Assembly: GCF_000349945.1 (NCBI RefSeq)
Contig: NC_020516.1
Coordinates: 2,870,311-2,934,310, forward strand
Direction: 5' to 3'
Length of the DNA stretch: 64,000 nucleotides
Source of the DNA: Azoarcus sp. KH32C
Lineage (GTDB): Bacteria; Pseudomonadota; Gammaproteobacteria; Burkholderiales; Rhodocyclaceae
Shown: one piece after another, positions 31,053-40,366 of the stretch
How positions within the stretch are numbered: the first letter of the stretch is position 1
How the letters are laid out: each line of letters starts with the position of its first letter
The notes under the pieces: model-generated
The model's input: the letters and a program-made list of their open reading frames with translations, nothing else
The model's database searches: none
What the model was told of the DNA's origin: nothing
Made by a program: the position numbers and the translations under genes

Positions 31053-31171
31053 GTGCGGTCCCCTGGAGGGGGCAACCGGGTTCGATTCCCGGGCCGCACT
31101 CGATTGGATAGCTCAGTCGGTAGAGCAGCTGCGATAGCAGCCTGTCGCGGGTTCGACTCCCGCTCCAAACC
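31053..31171 (+). ncRNA. tandem tRNA-like structured RNA in the rtc operon leader (Y-RNA/YrlA-like candidate, not a decoding tRNA)
   Basis: Module 1 (31053-31099): 7-bp acceptor-like stem GTGCGGT/GCCGCAC, a small hairpin and a T-arm CCGGG-TTCGATT-CCCGG. Module 2 (31102-31171): acceptor stem GATTGGA/TCCAAAC (6/7 bp), canonical D-arm GCTC-AGTCGGTA-GAGC and T-arm GCGGG-TTCGACT-CCCGC. Its anticodon arm is a 5-bp stem with a GATA tetraloop, so no anticodon loop and no CCA. Lies between the sigma-54 promoter and the slipin gene. Confidence 0.5.
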
Positions 31172-31430
31172 TGTCCTGACACGACAGTTGATGCAGCAGT
31201 ACCCGCCGGTTGCGGTGTGCGCGAGCACCCGCCGCCGGTCCGCCCGGCCCCCGGCCCGCCCTCGCGGCAGGGCGTTCGGCAAGGCGGCAGATGGGTTCCG
31301 CCGCTCCCCGGTGCCTCGGCGCCGTGGAGTACCGGACCGCCGGCCCCCTGCCCTGCGCCTCCCCGCCCGTGTCGGCCGGTTGGCCCGACGGACCGGCGCC
31401 CGACCGGCAACAACAAAAAGGAGAACGAAA

Positions 31431-32570
31431 ATGTTGAAGCGATTCGTGGTGAAGAAAGACGAGCGTGGCGCACTGCTCCGGGAGGCGGACTTCGAGCGCA
31501 TCCTGAAATCCGGGCGCTACCGGTTTTTTGATCCGTTCGGCCGGCTCTCGCTCGTCACGTGGAAGGCGGACGCTCCGATGACCGATCTCGGGATCGTCGA
31601 CTACCTGCTTCAACATGAACCGGCGGTCGCCGCCGAGCATTTCGAACGGATGGAGCTGACCGAAGACCAGGCCGGCCTGCGTTACGAGAACGACGTGCTA
31701 GTCGAAATCCTGCCGCCGGCAGCCCGCCGCTTCGTGTGGAAGGGCGTGGTACGGCATCGACTGGAGACGGTCGACCTGCGCGCCGGCTACGCCGTGGCGC
31801 CGGAGGTCGCCGCGCACCTGGTCCAGCCGGCCTTGCGCGGACGCGCCGTGATGGGGCTCGGTTATCTGCTGCTTGCGCAGGTGCCGGCCTATCACGTCGG
31901 CGTGCTGAAGGTGGACGGAAAGGTGCAACGGCTGATGCCGGCGGGAGTCGAAGGGTTCTGGCGTTTCAACCGGGACATCCAGGTCGAACTGGTCGATACG
32001 CGGCTGCAGAACATGGAGGTCAGCGGCCAGGAGATCCTGTCGCGCGACAAGGTCGGGCTGCGGCTCAACCTCGCGGCGACCTGGCGTTACACCGACGTGC
32101 TGCTGGCGTACGAGAAGCTGAGCAAGCCGGCCGATCACCTGTACCGTGAACTGCAGTTCGGTTTGCGGGCCGCCGTCGGGACGCGGGCCATCGACGAGCT
32201 GCTGGAGAACAAGCAGACGATCGACGAGGTCGTGGGCGACTATGTGGCCCGCAAGCTCGACGGTTTCGGGATCGAGGTGAGCAGCGTCGGGGTGAAGGAC
32301 ATCGTGCTGCCGGGGGAGATGAAGAACATCCTCGCGCAGGTCGTGGAGGCCGAAAAGTCGGCCGAGGCGAACGTGATCCGGCGCCGCGAGGAAACGGCCG
32401 CGACGCGCTCGCTGCTCAACACCGCGAAGGTGATGGAAGACAACCCGACGGCGCTGCGCCTGAAGGAGCTCGAGACGCTGGAAAGGGTCGCCGAGCGGAT
32501 CGACCGGATCTCGGTGTTCGGAGGCCTCGACCAGGTGCTGAGCGGGCTCGTGAGTATCAAGAATGCGTGA
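31431..32570 (+). CDS. slipin / SPFH (band-7, stomatin-like) domain protein
   Basis: 379 aa with strong RBS AAAAAGGAGAA. C-terminal ~250 aa show SPFH-domain hallmarks (…KVGLRLNLAATWRY…IDELLENKQTIDE…EAEKSAEANVIRRREE…). Start of rtcB overlaps its 3' end. Confidence 0.75.
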   Translation: MLKRFVVKKDERGALLREADFERILKSGRYRFFDPFGRLSLVTWKADAPMTDLGIVDYLLQHEPAVAAEHFERMELTEDQAGLRYENDVLVEILPPAARRFVWKGVVRHRLETVDLRAGYAVAPEVAAHLVQPALRGRAVMGLGYLLLAQVPAYHVGVLKVDGKVQRLMPAGVEGFWRFNRDIQVELVDTRLQNMEVSGQEILSRDKVGLRLNLAATWRYTDVLLAYEKLSKPADHLYRELQFGLRAAVGTRAIDELLENKQTIDEVVGDYVARKLDGFGIEVSSVGVKDIVLPGEMKNILAQVVEAEKSAEANVIRRREETAATRSLLNTAKVMEDNPTALRLKELETLERVAERIDRISVFGGLDQVLSGLVSIKNA

Positions 32571-33795
32571 GAGAAAAATGGATTTCCAGTTGCTGGAAGT
32601 GGAAAACGGCAAGCCGATCAAGATGTGGACATCGGGCGTGCCGGTCGAGGACGAGGCGCGCCGGCAGTTGATGGCGACGGCCTCGATGCCCTTCATATAC
32701 AGGCACATCGCGGTGATGCCGGACGTGCATCTGGGCAAGGGATCGACGATCGGCAGCGTGATCCCGACCCGCGGTGCGATCATTCCCGCGGCGGTCGGCG
32801 TCGATATCGGCTGCGGGATGATCGCCGCCCGCACGACGCTGACGGCGAAAGATCTGCCGGACAACCTGCACCGCCTGCGGACCGCGATCGAACACGCGGT
32901 GCCGCACGGGCGCACCACCCCGCGCGCGGGCCGTGACGTCGGCGCCTGGGAGAGGACGCCGGCCGAGGTCGATGCGGCCTGGCGCGCGCTGCTGCCGGGC
33001 TTCAACCGCATCACGGAAAAGTATCCGAAGCTGAAGAACACGAACAACTACAAGCACCTCGGGACGCTCGGGACCGGCAACCATTTCATCGAGGTGTGCA
33101 TCGACGAGGAGGACCGCGTCTGGTTCATGCTGCATTCGGGGTCACGCGGCGTCGGCAATGCGATCGGCAACCTGTTCATCGAACTGGCGCAGGTGGACAT
33201 GCGCGAGCACCTCGCGAATCTGCCCGACCGCGATCTCGCGTACTTCAAGGAAGGCAGCAAGCATTTCGACGACTACGTCGAGGCGGTCGGCTGGGCGCAG
33301 GACTATGCGCGGCGCAATCGCGCGGTGATGATGCATCACGTCGTGGAGGCGGCCCGGTCGGTGATCGGGAAGGCTTTCGCGGCGGACGTCGAAGCCGTGA
33401 ACTGCCACCACAACTACGTCCAGCGCGAAACACATTTCGGCGCGGATATCTTCGTCACGCGCAAGGGAGCCGTTTCGGCGCGCAAGGGTGAGCTCGGCAT
33501 CATCCCGGGATCGATGGGCGCAAAAAGCTACATCGTCCGCGGACTCGGCAACGAGGAAGCGTTCTGCTCCTGCAGCCACGGTGCGGGACGGGTGATGAGC
33601 CGCAACGAGGCGAAGCGACGGTTCACGGTCGAGGATCAGGTCAGGGCGACGGCCCACGTCGAATGCCGCAAGGATCGCGACGTGATCGACGAGATCCCGA
33701 TGGCCTACAAGGACATCGACCGTGTGATGGAGGCGCAGCGCGAACTGGTCGAAGTCGTGCATACGCTGCGCCAGGTGGTGTGCGTGAAGGGCTGA
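32563..33795 (+). CDS. rtcB: RNA-splicing ligase RtcB
   Basis: 410 aa. Conserved RtcB motifs (DVHLGKGSTIGSV, GCGM, metal-binding His/Cys, NHNYV, GSMGAKSYIV, HGAGR). Confidence 0.9.
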   Translation: MRERKMDFQLLEVENGKPIKMWTSGVPVEDEARRQLMATASMPFIYRHIAVMPDVHLGKGSTIGSVIPTRGAIIPAAVGVDIGCGMIAARTTLTAKDLPDNLHRLRTAIEHAVPHGRTTPRAGRDVGAWERTPAEVDAAWRALLPGFNRITEKYPKLKNTNNYKHLGTLGTGNHFIEVCIDEEDRVWFMLHSGSRGVGNAIGNLFIELAQVDMREHLANLPDRDLAYFKEGSKHFDDYVEAVGWAQDYARRNRAVMMHHVVEAARSVIGKAFAADVEAVNCHHNYVQRETHFGADIFVTRKGAVSARKGELGIIPGSMGAKSYIVRGLGNEEAFCSCSHGAGRVMSRNEAKRRFTVEDQVRATAHVECRKDRDVIDEIPMAYKDIDRVMEAQRELVEVVHTLRQVVCVKG

Positions 33796-33907
33796 GGGCG
33801 CACGCATCGAAGCGTCTTGCCGTCACATTTCATTGTCACAAATCGGCAACTGAAATGTAACAGCACGGGACTAGGCTGCCGGGTTCCACTTTTCACCCGG
33901 TCGCCCG

Positions 33908-35980
33908 ATGCGTGCGTTGCGTTCATCCCTCCTCGGCAAATACCGCCTGCTGGTGCTGGCTGTTGCGGCGTTCTTCGCGCTCAGCGTCAGCGTGTACTCG
34001 CTCAACTTCCTGATGCTTCGCCAAGTCGACCTCGACGCGACGAGGATCAACGACGGCGGGAAGTTGCGCGGGTACTCGCAGCAGCTGGCGAAGGCGATCC
34101 TTACGCTCTCCCACGAGTCGTCGCAGGGCGAGCCGATCCAGACCAGCCAGGCGCAGATTTCGGAAGCCGTCCTGGCCTTCGATCAGTCGCTCACGGAAAT
34201 TCGCAGTTTGGCGAGCGAGGACCACGACCCGACCGAGCAGCAACTGTTGGACGAGATCGATAAGCAATGGACGCCGCTGCGCGATGCGGCGAACGCGCTG
34301 ATCGGCGAGCGACCATTCAGCGAAACGGACGTGCAGGCCACCTTCACGCTCAGCGACACGCGGAACGTGCGTCTGTTGCAGCTCGCGGGCGACCTGACCC
34401 AGCACCAGGAGGCCCTTGCAGCCGAGCGGGCGCAGTCGATGCGTTACCTGCAGTTCGGCGCGATCGGGCTCGCGCTGCTCAATTTCCTCTACATCGTCGT
34501 CCACGTCTTCCGCAGTCTGCGCCGCAGCGACCGCGAGGCCGAGCAGGCGCGCCGCGAAACCGACGACATCCTGCGCACGGTGCGCGAGGGGCTCTTCCTG
34601 ATGCATCGGGACGGCACGGTCGGGACGCAGCGCTCGGCGCATCTCGCGAAGGTGTTTCCGCAGCCGCTGGCGCCCGGACACAACTTCCTGACGATGCTCG
34701 CGACGCTGGTCTCCGACGAAACGATGCAGTCGGTCCGGCAGTACGTGGAGCTGCTGTTCAACGAACGGGTGAAACCGGCCTTGCTGGCGGACCTTAATCC
34801 GCTGAATCGCGTCGAGATCGCGCCACAGGGACGCGGCCGGACGATGCACCTGAACTTCGGCTTCCATCCGGTGCGCGGCGAAGGCGGCACGGGGATCGAC
34901 GCCCTCCTCGTCGCGGCCGTCGACGTCAGCCAGGAGGTGCGGCTGGAGCAGGAGCTGGCGGGCGCCGAGGAGCGCGCGCGCAACGAGGTTTCGCTGCTGC
35001 TTGGCGTGCTGGAGAACGAGCCGGCGGAGGTGATGCGCTTCCTCGCCGAGGCGAAAGCAAGGCTAGAACGGGCGAACGGCGTGCTGCGGGACGTGCCGGT
35101 CGAAGTCGGCGCCTATCTCGCGGCCGTCACGCGAGTGTTCCGGGAAGTTCACACGATCAAGGGCGAGGCTGCGGCGCTGTCGATGGGCACCGTCGCCGCC
35201 CAGGCGCACGAGTTCGAGGACGTCCTCACGGCGCTCGTCAAGCGGCGGAATCTCGGCGGCGACGACCTGATCCCGGTCGCGACCGGCATTGGCCATCTGA
35301 TGCAAGAGCTGGCGAAAGTCGATGCCGTGGTCGGGCGGATCGGCGCCTTCACGCGTGTCGCCCCGGGACGGGACACTTCCGCCGCCGACGTGGCAGGCAA
35401 GGACGCAAGCGCCGACGACTGCGTCTACCAGTCGATGCAGCGCATCCAGCGCTTCGCCCTGTCGGTTGCGGCCGAGCTCAACAAGAAGCTGCGCGTCGAG
35501 ACCTCCCTGCCCCACGTCGAGGATGTGCCGGCGTCCGTGCACCGCGTGCTGCGCGAGGGACTGCCGCAGCTCGTTCGCAATGCGGTCGTGCACGGCATCG
35601 AAAGTGCCGACGAGCGCCGCCTTGCGGGCAAGCAGGAGGAAGGCCGGTTGCGCATCGAGTTTCAGCGCACTGCCGATGGCGGACTCGAACTGACGGTCGC
35701 CGACGACGGCCGCGGGATCGATGTCGCGGCCTTGCGGCGGCATCTCGTCGACGCCGGCTATCGCGATGCCGACGCAGTCCAGGCGATGAGCGATCGCGAG
35801 GTCGTCGCGACGCTCTTCGAGCCGGGCGTGTCGACTGCGGCGAGCGTCACCGAGCATGCGGGCCGCGGCGTTGGCCTGGATGCGATCAGCGCGCTCGCAC
35901 GCGAGACCGGCGCGCGGCTGAAGCTCGCCTCCACCCCGCGCACCTACACGCGCTTCACCCTTCAATGGAGCCCGACATGA
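33908..35980 (+). CDS. membrane-anchored CheA-like sensor kinase (periplasmic sensor, Hpt domain, CheA-type HATPase; no CheW-like P5 domain)
   Basis: 690 aa. Two TM segments (aa ~14-36 and ~196-217) flank a ~160 aa periplasmic region. Hpt motif FREVHTIKGEAA. CheA N-box LVRNAVVHGIE and G-boxes (DDGRGID, GRGVGLD). Protein ends right after the ATPase domain. Confidence 0.7.
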   Translation: MRALRSSLLGKYRLLVLAVAAFFALSVSVYSLNFLMLRQVDLDATRINDGGKLRGYSQQLAKAILTLSHESSQGEPIQTSQAQISEAVLAFDQSLTEIRSLASEDHDPTEQQLLDEIDKQWTPLRDAANALIGERPFSETDVQATFTLSDTRNVRLLQLAGDLTQHQEALAAERAQSMRYLQFGAIGLALLNFLYIVVHVFRSLRRSDREAEQARRETDDILRTVREGLFLMHRDGTVGTQRSAHLAKVFPQPLAPGHNFLTMLATLVSDETMQSVRQYVELLFNERVKPALLADLNPLNRVEIAPQGRGRTMHLNFGFHPVRGEGGTGIDALLVAAVDVSQEVRLEQELAGAEERARNEVSLLLGVLENEPAEVMRFLAEAKARLERANGVLRDVPVEVGAYLAAVTRVFREVHTIKGEAAALSMGTVAAQAHEFEDVLTALVKRRNLGGDDLIPVATGIGHLMQELAKVDAVVGRIGAFTRVAPGRDTSAADVAGKDASADDCVYQSMQRIQRFALSVAAELNKKLRVETSLPHVEDVPASVHRVLREGLPQLVRNAVVHGIESADERRLAGKQEEGRLRIEFQRTADGGLELTVADDGRGIDVAALRRHLVDAGYRDADAVQAMSDREVVATLFEPGVSTAASVTEHAGRGVGLDAISALARETGARLKLASTPRTYTRFTLQWSPT

Positions 35981-36348
35981 AAGCGAGACTGCTGATCGTC
36001 GATGATTCGATGGTGATCCGGAACCTGATCGCCCGCCAGATGCTCGACGAGCGCCTGCCGCCGATGGACGTTGTCGGGCTGGCGGCCGACGGCGAGCAGG
36101 CGCTGGCGATCGCGCTGTCGAAGCACCCCGACTTCATCACGATGGATCTGACGATGCCCAACATGGACGGCGAGGCCTGCATCGAACGCCTCGCGGCGGT
36201 GCTGCCGAGCGCCAGGATCATGGTGGTGTCCGCCCTCAGCGACAAGACGACGGCGCTGCGCGCCATCAGCAAAGGCGCCCACGGCTTTCTGCACAAACCC
36301 TTTACCGACGAACAACTGGTCGCCGCCCTGCTGGAGTTGATGAGTTGA
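35965..36348 (+). CDS. CheY-like response regulator (receiver domain only)
   Basis: LLIVDDS, phospho-acceptor D in FITMDLTMPNMDG and a conserved Lys. Start may instead be the ATG at 35977 (MKARLL), which overlaps the upstream stop. Confidence 0.85.
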   Translation: MEPDMKARLLIVDDSMVIRNLIARQMLDERLPPMDVVGLAADGEQALAIALSKHPDFITMDLTMPNMDGEACIERLAAVLPSARIMVVSALSDKTTALRAISKGAHGFLHKPFTDEQLVAALLELMS

Positions 36349-36818
36349 ACTACCGCGCGCTGAATCACGAAGACATCGAAGTGTTCTCCGAGGCGATCTC
36401 CGCCTTCTTCCTCAACATGACCCACGAGCCGGCCATGGTGCGCACGGCCTACATGCTGGAGGGGAGCACTCCGCCGCTCTGGGGCGATTTCAACGGGGTG
36501 ATCGAGGTCTCAGGCGGCTTTCGCGGCAGCATTACCTTCTCGGCCCCGGGGGGGATGCTCGGGCAGGTGCTCGACGTCATGGGAGAAAGGGAGCAGTCGG
36601 CCGACCGCTGCCTGGACGTGGTCGGCGAGATCGCCAACATGATGTCAGGGCGGGCGCGTCGCCATTTCGGCGAGGATCTGACGATCGCGCCGCCGAAAGC
36701 CTGCCTTCGCTCTGCGCGGCACACGCTGCCCGGTGCGAGCGGGACCCCGTACGCAATTCCGTTGCGCTGGCGGACCTTCGAGGCCAACCTGGTCGTGCAC
36801 CTGGACATCCGCCGATAG
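36345..36818 (+). CDS. CheX-like chemotaxis phosphatase
   Basis: 157 aa. CheX/CheC-family motif (DVVGEIANMMSGRA). Start overlaps the upstream stop. Confidence 0.65.
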   Translation: MNYRALNHEDIEVFSEAISAFFLNMTHEPAMVRTAYMLEGSTPPLWGDFNGVIEVSGGFRGSITFSAPGGMLGQVLDVMGEREQSADRCLDVVGEIANMMSGRARRHFGEDLTIAPPKACLRSARHTLPGASGTPYAIPLRWRTFEANLVVHLDIRR

Positions 36819-36922
36819 GCGGACGTGACATCCGCTTACCCTGCGTTTCTTGATTTACCGCTCCGCGTCGCCCAGATTCCTTGGGTGCGAACCTTTGCAG
36901 GGTGAGCGAAGGAGTGTGGGGC

Positions 36923-37711
36923 ATGACCGGAGAATTGGGCGGCAAGGTGGCGGTGGTCACGGGTGCCGGCAGCGGCATCGGCAAGGCGATTGCGGAGAAG
37001 CTGGCGCAGGCCGGCGCGATGGTCGCGGTGACGGACCTTAATCTCGCGAGCGCCGAACAGGTCGCGAACGAAATCGTCGCCGCTGGCGGGCGGGCGGTTG
37101 GGATTGCGATGGATGTGGTCGACGAACGCGCCGTGGATGAGGCGATCGACCAGATCGCGGCCAAGCATGGCAGCGTGGACGTGCTGATATCGAACGCGGG
37201 CATCCAGATCGTCGATCCGATCGTGGAATTCAAGCTGGCGGACTGGAGGAAGATCCTGGCGATCCACCTCGACGGCGCCTTCCTGACGACCCGCGCGGCG
37301 CTACGCCACATGTACCGCGACAACCGCGGCGGGGTCGTGATCTATACGGGCTCGGTGCATTCGCACGTCGCCTCGCCGCTCAAGTGCGCCTACGTCACGG
37401 CCAAGCACGGCATGCTGGGGCTTGCGCGCGTGTTGGCGAAGGAAGGCGCGGAGCACGGCGTCCATTCCTACGTCGTGTGTCCGAGCTTCGTGCGCACGCC
37501 GCTCGTCGATAAGCAGATCCCGGAACAAGCGCGGGATCTGGGCATCAGCGAGGAGGAAGTGGTGAGGAAGGTGATGCTCGGGGAGACGGTGGATGGTGAG
37601 TTCACGACGCTGGAAGATGTCGCGAACACGGTGCTCTTCCTGGCGGCGTTTCCGACTGCCGCGTTCACCGGGCAATCCTTCCTGCTGACGCATGGCTGGG
37701 TTATGCATTGA
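36923..37711 (+). CDS. bdhA: 3-hydroxybutyrate dehydrogenase (SDR family)
   Basis: Start at [24 protein letters not shown] (TGxxxGIG). SDR catalytic YxxxK. High colinearity with BdhA by eye. Confidence 0.8.
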   Translation: MTGELGGKVAVVTGAGSGIGKAIAEKLAQAGAMVAVTDLNLASAEQVANEIVAAGGRAVGIAMDVVDERAVDEAIDQIAAKHGSVDVLISNAGIQIVDPIVEFKLADWRKILAIHLDGAFLTTRAALRHMYRDNRGGVVIYTGSVHSHVASPLKCAYVTAKHGMLGLARVLAKEGAEHGVHSYVVCPSFVRTPLVDKQIPEQARDLGISEEEVVRKVMLGETVDGEFTTLEDVANTVLFLAAFPTAAFTGQSFLLTHGWVMH

Positions 37712-37741
37712 ACTGCGCCTCGACCGTCCGGAGCTGCACGA

Positions 37742-38899
37742 GTGCGACGACACAGGCCGCCATTCAAGACCATCGCCCTCGTGCTGCAGGGAGGTGGTGC
37801 TCTGGGTGCCTATCAGGCAGGGGTGTATGAAGGGCTCGACGAAGCCGGGATCCATCCGGACTGGTTGGCCGGGATTTCGATCGGGGCGATCAATACGGCA
37901 TTGATCGCGGGGAGTGCGCCCGGCGCGCGAGTCGCCAATCTGCACACGTTCTGGGAGACCGTGTGTCGCCCGGTCTTCGTCCAGCCGATGGCCGACGCCG
38001 TGCAGTCATGGGTCGGACAGCTGGGCGACGGCGCCCGCCGGGTGTTCAACGCCGTGGTCGCGTGGCGCGGGGTCGTCGAGGGCCAGCAGGGCTTCTTCAC
38101 GCCGCGGCTACCGCCGCCGTGGCTCGCCGTGAATGTCCCGCCGTCGGAGGCGAGCTATTACGACACGGCTCCGCTGCGCGTGACGCTCGAGCAACTCGTG
38201 GACATCGACCGCATCAACGCCGGTCATCCGCGCGTGTCGGTGGGCGCAGTCAACGTGCGCACGGGCAACTTCGAGTACTTCGACAACACCGTGGGACCGT
38301 GGAAGGGTCGGCTGCGGCTGGAGCATTTCATGGCGTCGGGCGCCCTGCCCCCGGGCTTTCCGCCGGTGGAGATCGACGGCGAGTTCTACTGGGATGGCGG
38401 ACTCGTGTCCAACACGCCGCTGGCGCATGTGCTGGAGGACGAGCCGCGCCACGACACGCTCGCCTTCCAGGTCGACCTGTGGAGCGCGCTCGGGACGGTG
38501 CCGACAAACATCTGGGACGCGCAGGAGCGCCAGAAGGACATCCAGTATTCGAGCCGCACGCGCGCGATCACGGACCTGATGGCGCGCGAACAGCAACTCC
38601 GCCATCTCGTGAGCGAGATGCTGAAGCATGCGCCGGAAGACATGCGGCAGTCCGACCACTGGTGCCGCGAGGCCGCCCATTGGGCCTGCGGGCGGCAGGT
38701 CAGCGTCATCCACCTGATCTACCAGGAAAAGGAATGGGACGGGCTGGCGAAGGACTATGAGTTCGGTCCATTGACGATGCACGACCACTGGGCGAGCGGT
38801 CTCGACGACATCCACGCGAGCCTCGAACACAAGGAGTGGCTGGAGCTGCCGCCGCGCCATCAGCGTTTCGTCACCTACGACTATCACCGCGACGACTGA
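37742..38899 (+). CDS. patatin-like phospholipase family protein
   Basis: Oxyanion hole LVLQGGGALGAYQAG and nucleophile elbow GISIGAINTA (GxSxG). Catalytic DGG (YWDGGLVSNTP). Confidence 0.8.
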   Translation: MRRHRPPFKTIALVLQGGGALGAYQAGVYEGLDEAGIHPDWLAGISIGAINTALIAGSAPGARVANLHTFWETVCRPVFVQPMADAVQSWVGQLGDGARRVFNAVVAWRGVVEGQQGFFTPRLPPPWLAVNVPPSEASYYDTAPLRVTLEQLVDIDRINAGHPRVSVGAVNVRTGNFEYFDNTVGPWKGRLRLEHFMASGALPPGFPPVEIDGEFYWDGGLVSNTPLAHVLEDEPRHDTLAFQVDLWSALGTVPTNIWDAQERQKDIQYSSRTRAITDLMAREQQLRHLVSEMLKHAPEDMRQSDHWCREAAHWACGRQVSVIHLIYQEKEWDGLAKDYEFGPLTMHDHWASGLDDIHASLEHKEWLELPPRHQRFVTYDYHRDD

Positions 38900-38992
38900 G
38901 GCCGCGCCGGCTCCGGTTGCCGATTGATTCATCCGTCTGCGCTCCGACGATGTATTCTCCATCGTCATCGACTCAGCATGAGAGCAAGACGC

Positions 38993-40366
38993 ATGAAATA
39001 TGAAGTAGTCGACACACAGATCGACGCACAGATCTCCCCAGTCGGGCGTATGGAAGTCCTCTCCAGGGCCGAGGCGGCGCGCCTGTCGTCGCATGATCAG
39101 AGGGGGCTGCACGAGATCTTTCGCAACTGCGCGCTGGCCGTGCTCAACTGCGGCAACGGAATCGACGACGCGAAGGAGTTGCTCGAGCGCTATCATTCCT
39201 TCGAAATCGACATCATCCAGCGTTCGCGCGGGATCAAGCTCGATATCCGCGGCGCGCCGGCAAGCGCCTTCGTCGACGGCACGATGATCCGCGGCATCCA
39301 GGAGCATCTCTTCACCGTCCTGCGCGACGTCATCTACGCGAGCACCGAGATCGACGTCGGAAGCTCCGAGGCGATCACCGACGCGGTGTTCCACATCCTG
39401 CGCAACGCCGGCATCATGAAGCCTACGCTGCAGCCGAACATGGTGGTGTGCTGGGGCGGACATTCGATCAGTCGCGAAGAGTACGACTACACGAAGCTGG
39501 TCGGCTACCAGCTCGGCCTGCGCGGGCTGGACATCTGCACCGGCTGCGGTCCGGGTGCGATGAAGGGGCCGATGAAGGGCGCGACGATCAGCCACGCGAA
39601 GCAACGCATCCCGAACGCGCGCTACCTGGGCTTCACCGAGCCCGGCATCATCGCCGCGGAGTCGCCGAATCCGATCGTCAACGAGCTGGTGATCCTGCCG
39701 GACGTCGAGAAGCGCCTCGAGGCCTTCGTCCGCGCCGGCCACGGCTTCATCGTCTTCCCCGGCGGCGTCGGCACGGCCGAAGAGATCCTCTATGTCCTGG
39801 GCATCCTGCTGCACCCGGACAATGCGAAACTCCCCTTCCCGCTCGTGTTTACCGGGCCTCGGAGTGCGGCCGAGTATTTCCGCCAGATCGATCGATTCAT
39901 CGGCCAAACGCTCGGCGAGGAGGCGCAGCGCCGCTACAAGATCATCGTGGACGACCCCGTCGCAGTCGCGCGCGAGATGCAGGCGGGGATCGCCGACGTG
40001 CGTGCCTACCGCAAGGAAACGCAGGACGCGTACTACTTCAACTGGTCATTGCGCGTCGAGCATGAGTTCCAGCGTCCGTTCCGGGCGACGCACGAGAGAA
40101 TGCGCAAGCTCTCGCTGCACAAGAATCAGCCGCGGCACCTGCTGGCGGCGAACCTGCGCCGGGCCTTCTCGGGCGTCGTTGCGGGCAACGTCAAGGCCGA
40201 CGGGATCCGCGAGATCGAGAAGCACGGCAGCTTCGAGATCCAGGGCGATCCGGAGATCCTGCAGCCGATGGACGCGCTGCTGGCGTCCTTCGTCGCGCAG
40301 GGCCGGATGAAGCTGCCGGGCAAGGTCTACAACCCCTGCTACCGGATCGTCGCAGAGACGGTTTGA
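38993..40366 (+). CDS. ppnN: nucleotide 5'-monophosphate nucleosidase PpnN (LOG family, YgdH-like)
   Basis: Start at MKYEVVDTQIDAQISPVGRMEVLS. Near full-length colinearity with E. coli PpnN, including the PGGxGTxEE LOG motif (VFPGGVGTAEEILY). Confidence 0.85.
   Translation: MKYEVVDTQIDAQISPVGRMEVLSRAEAARLSSHDQRGLHEIFRNCALAVLNCGNGIDDAKELLERYHSFEIDIIQRSRGIKLDIRGAPASAFVDGTMIRGIQEHLFTVLRDVIYASTEIDVGSSEAITDAVFHILRNAGIMKPTLQPNMVVCWGGHSISREEYDYTKLVGYQLGLRGLDICTGCGPGAMKGPMKGATISHAKQRIPNARYLGFTEPGIIAAESPNPIVNELVILPDVEKRLEAFVRAGHGFIVFPGGVGTAEEILYVLGILLHPDNAKLPFPLVFTGPRSAAEYFRQIDRFIGQTLGEEAQRRYKIIVDDPVAVAREMQAGIADVRAYRKETQDAYYFNWSLRVEHEFQRPFRATHERMRKLSLHKNQPRHLLAANLRRAFSGVVAGNVKADGIREIEKHGSFEIQGDPEILQPMDALLASFVAQGRMKLPGKVYNPCYRIVAETV

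Noticed and set aside
31053-31171. Possibility that the tRNA-like modules are ordinary tRNA genes
   Set aside because: Neither module has a 7-nt anticodon loop (module 2 has a GATA tetraloop on a 5-bp stem; module 1 lacks a D-arm). Neither has a CCA end. They are not annotated as tRNA genes but kept as tRNA-like ncRNA.
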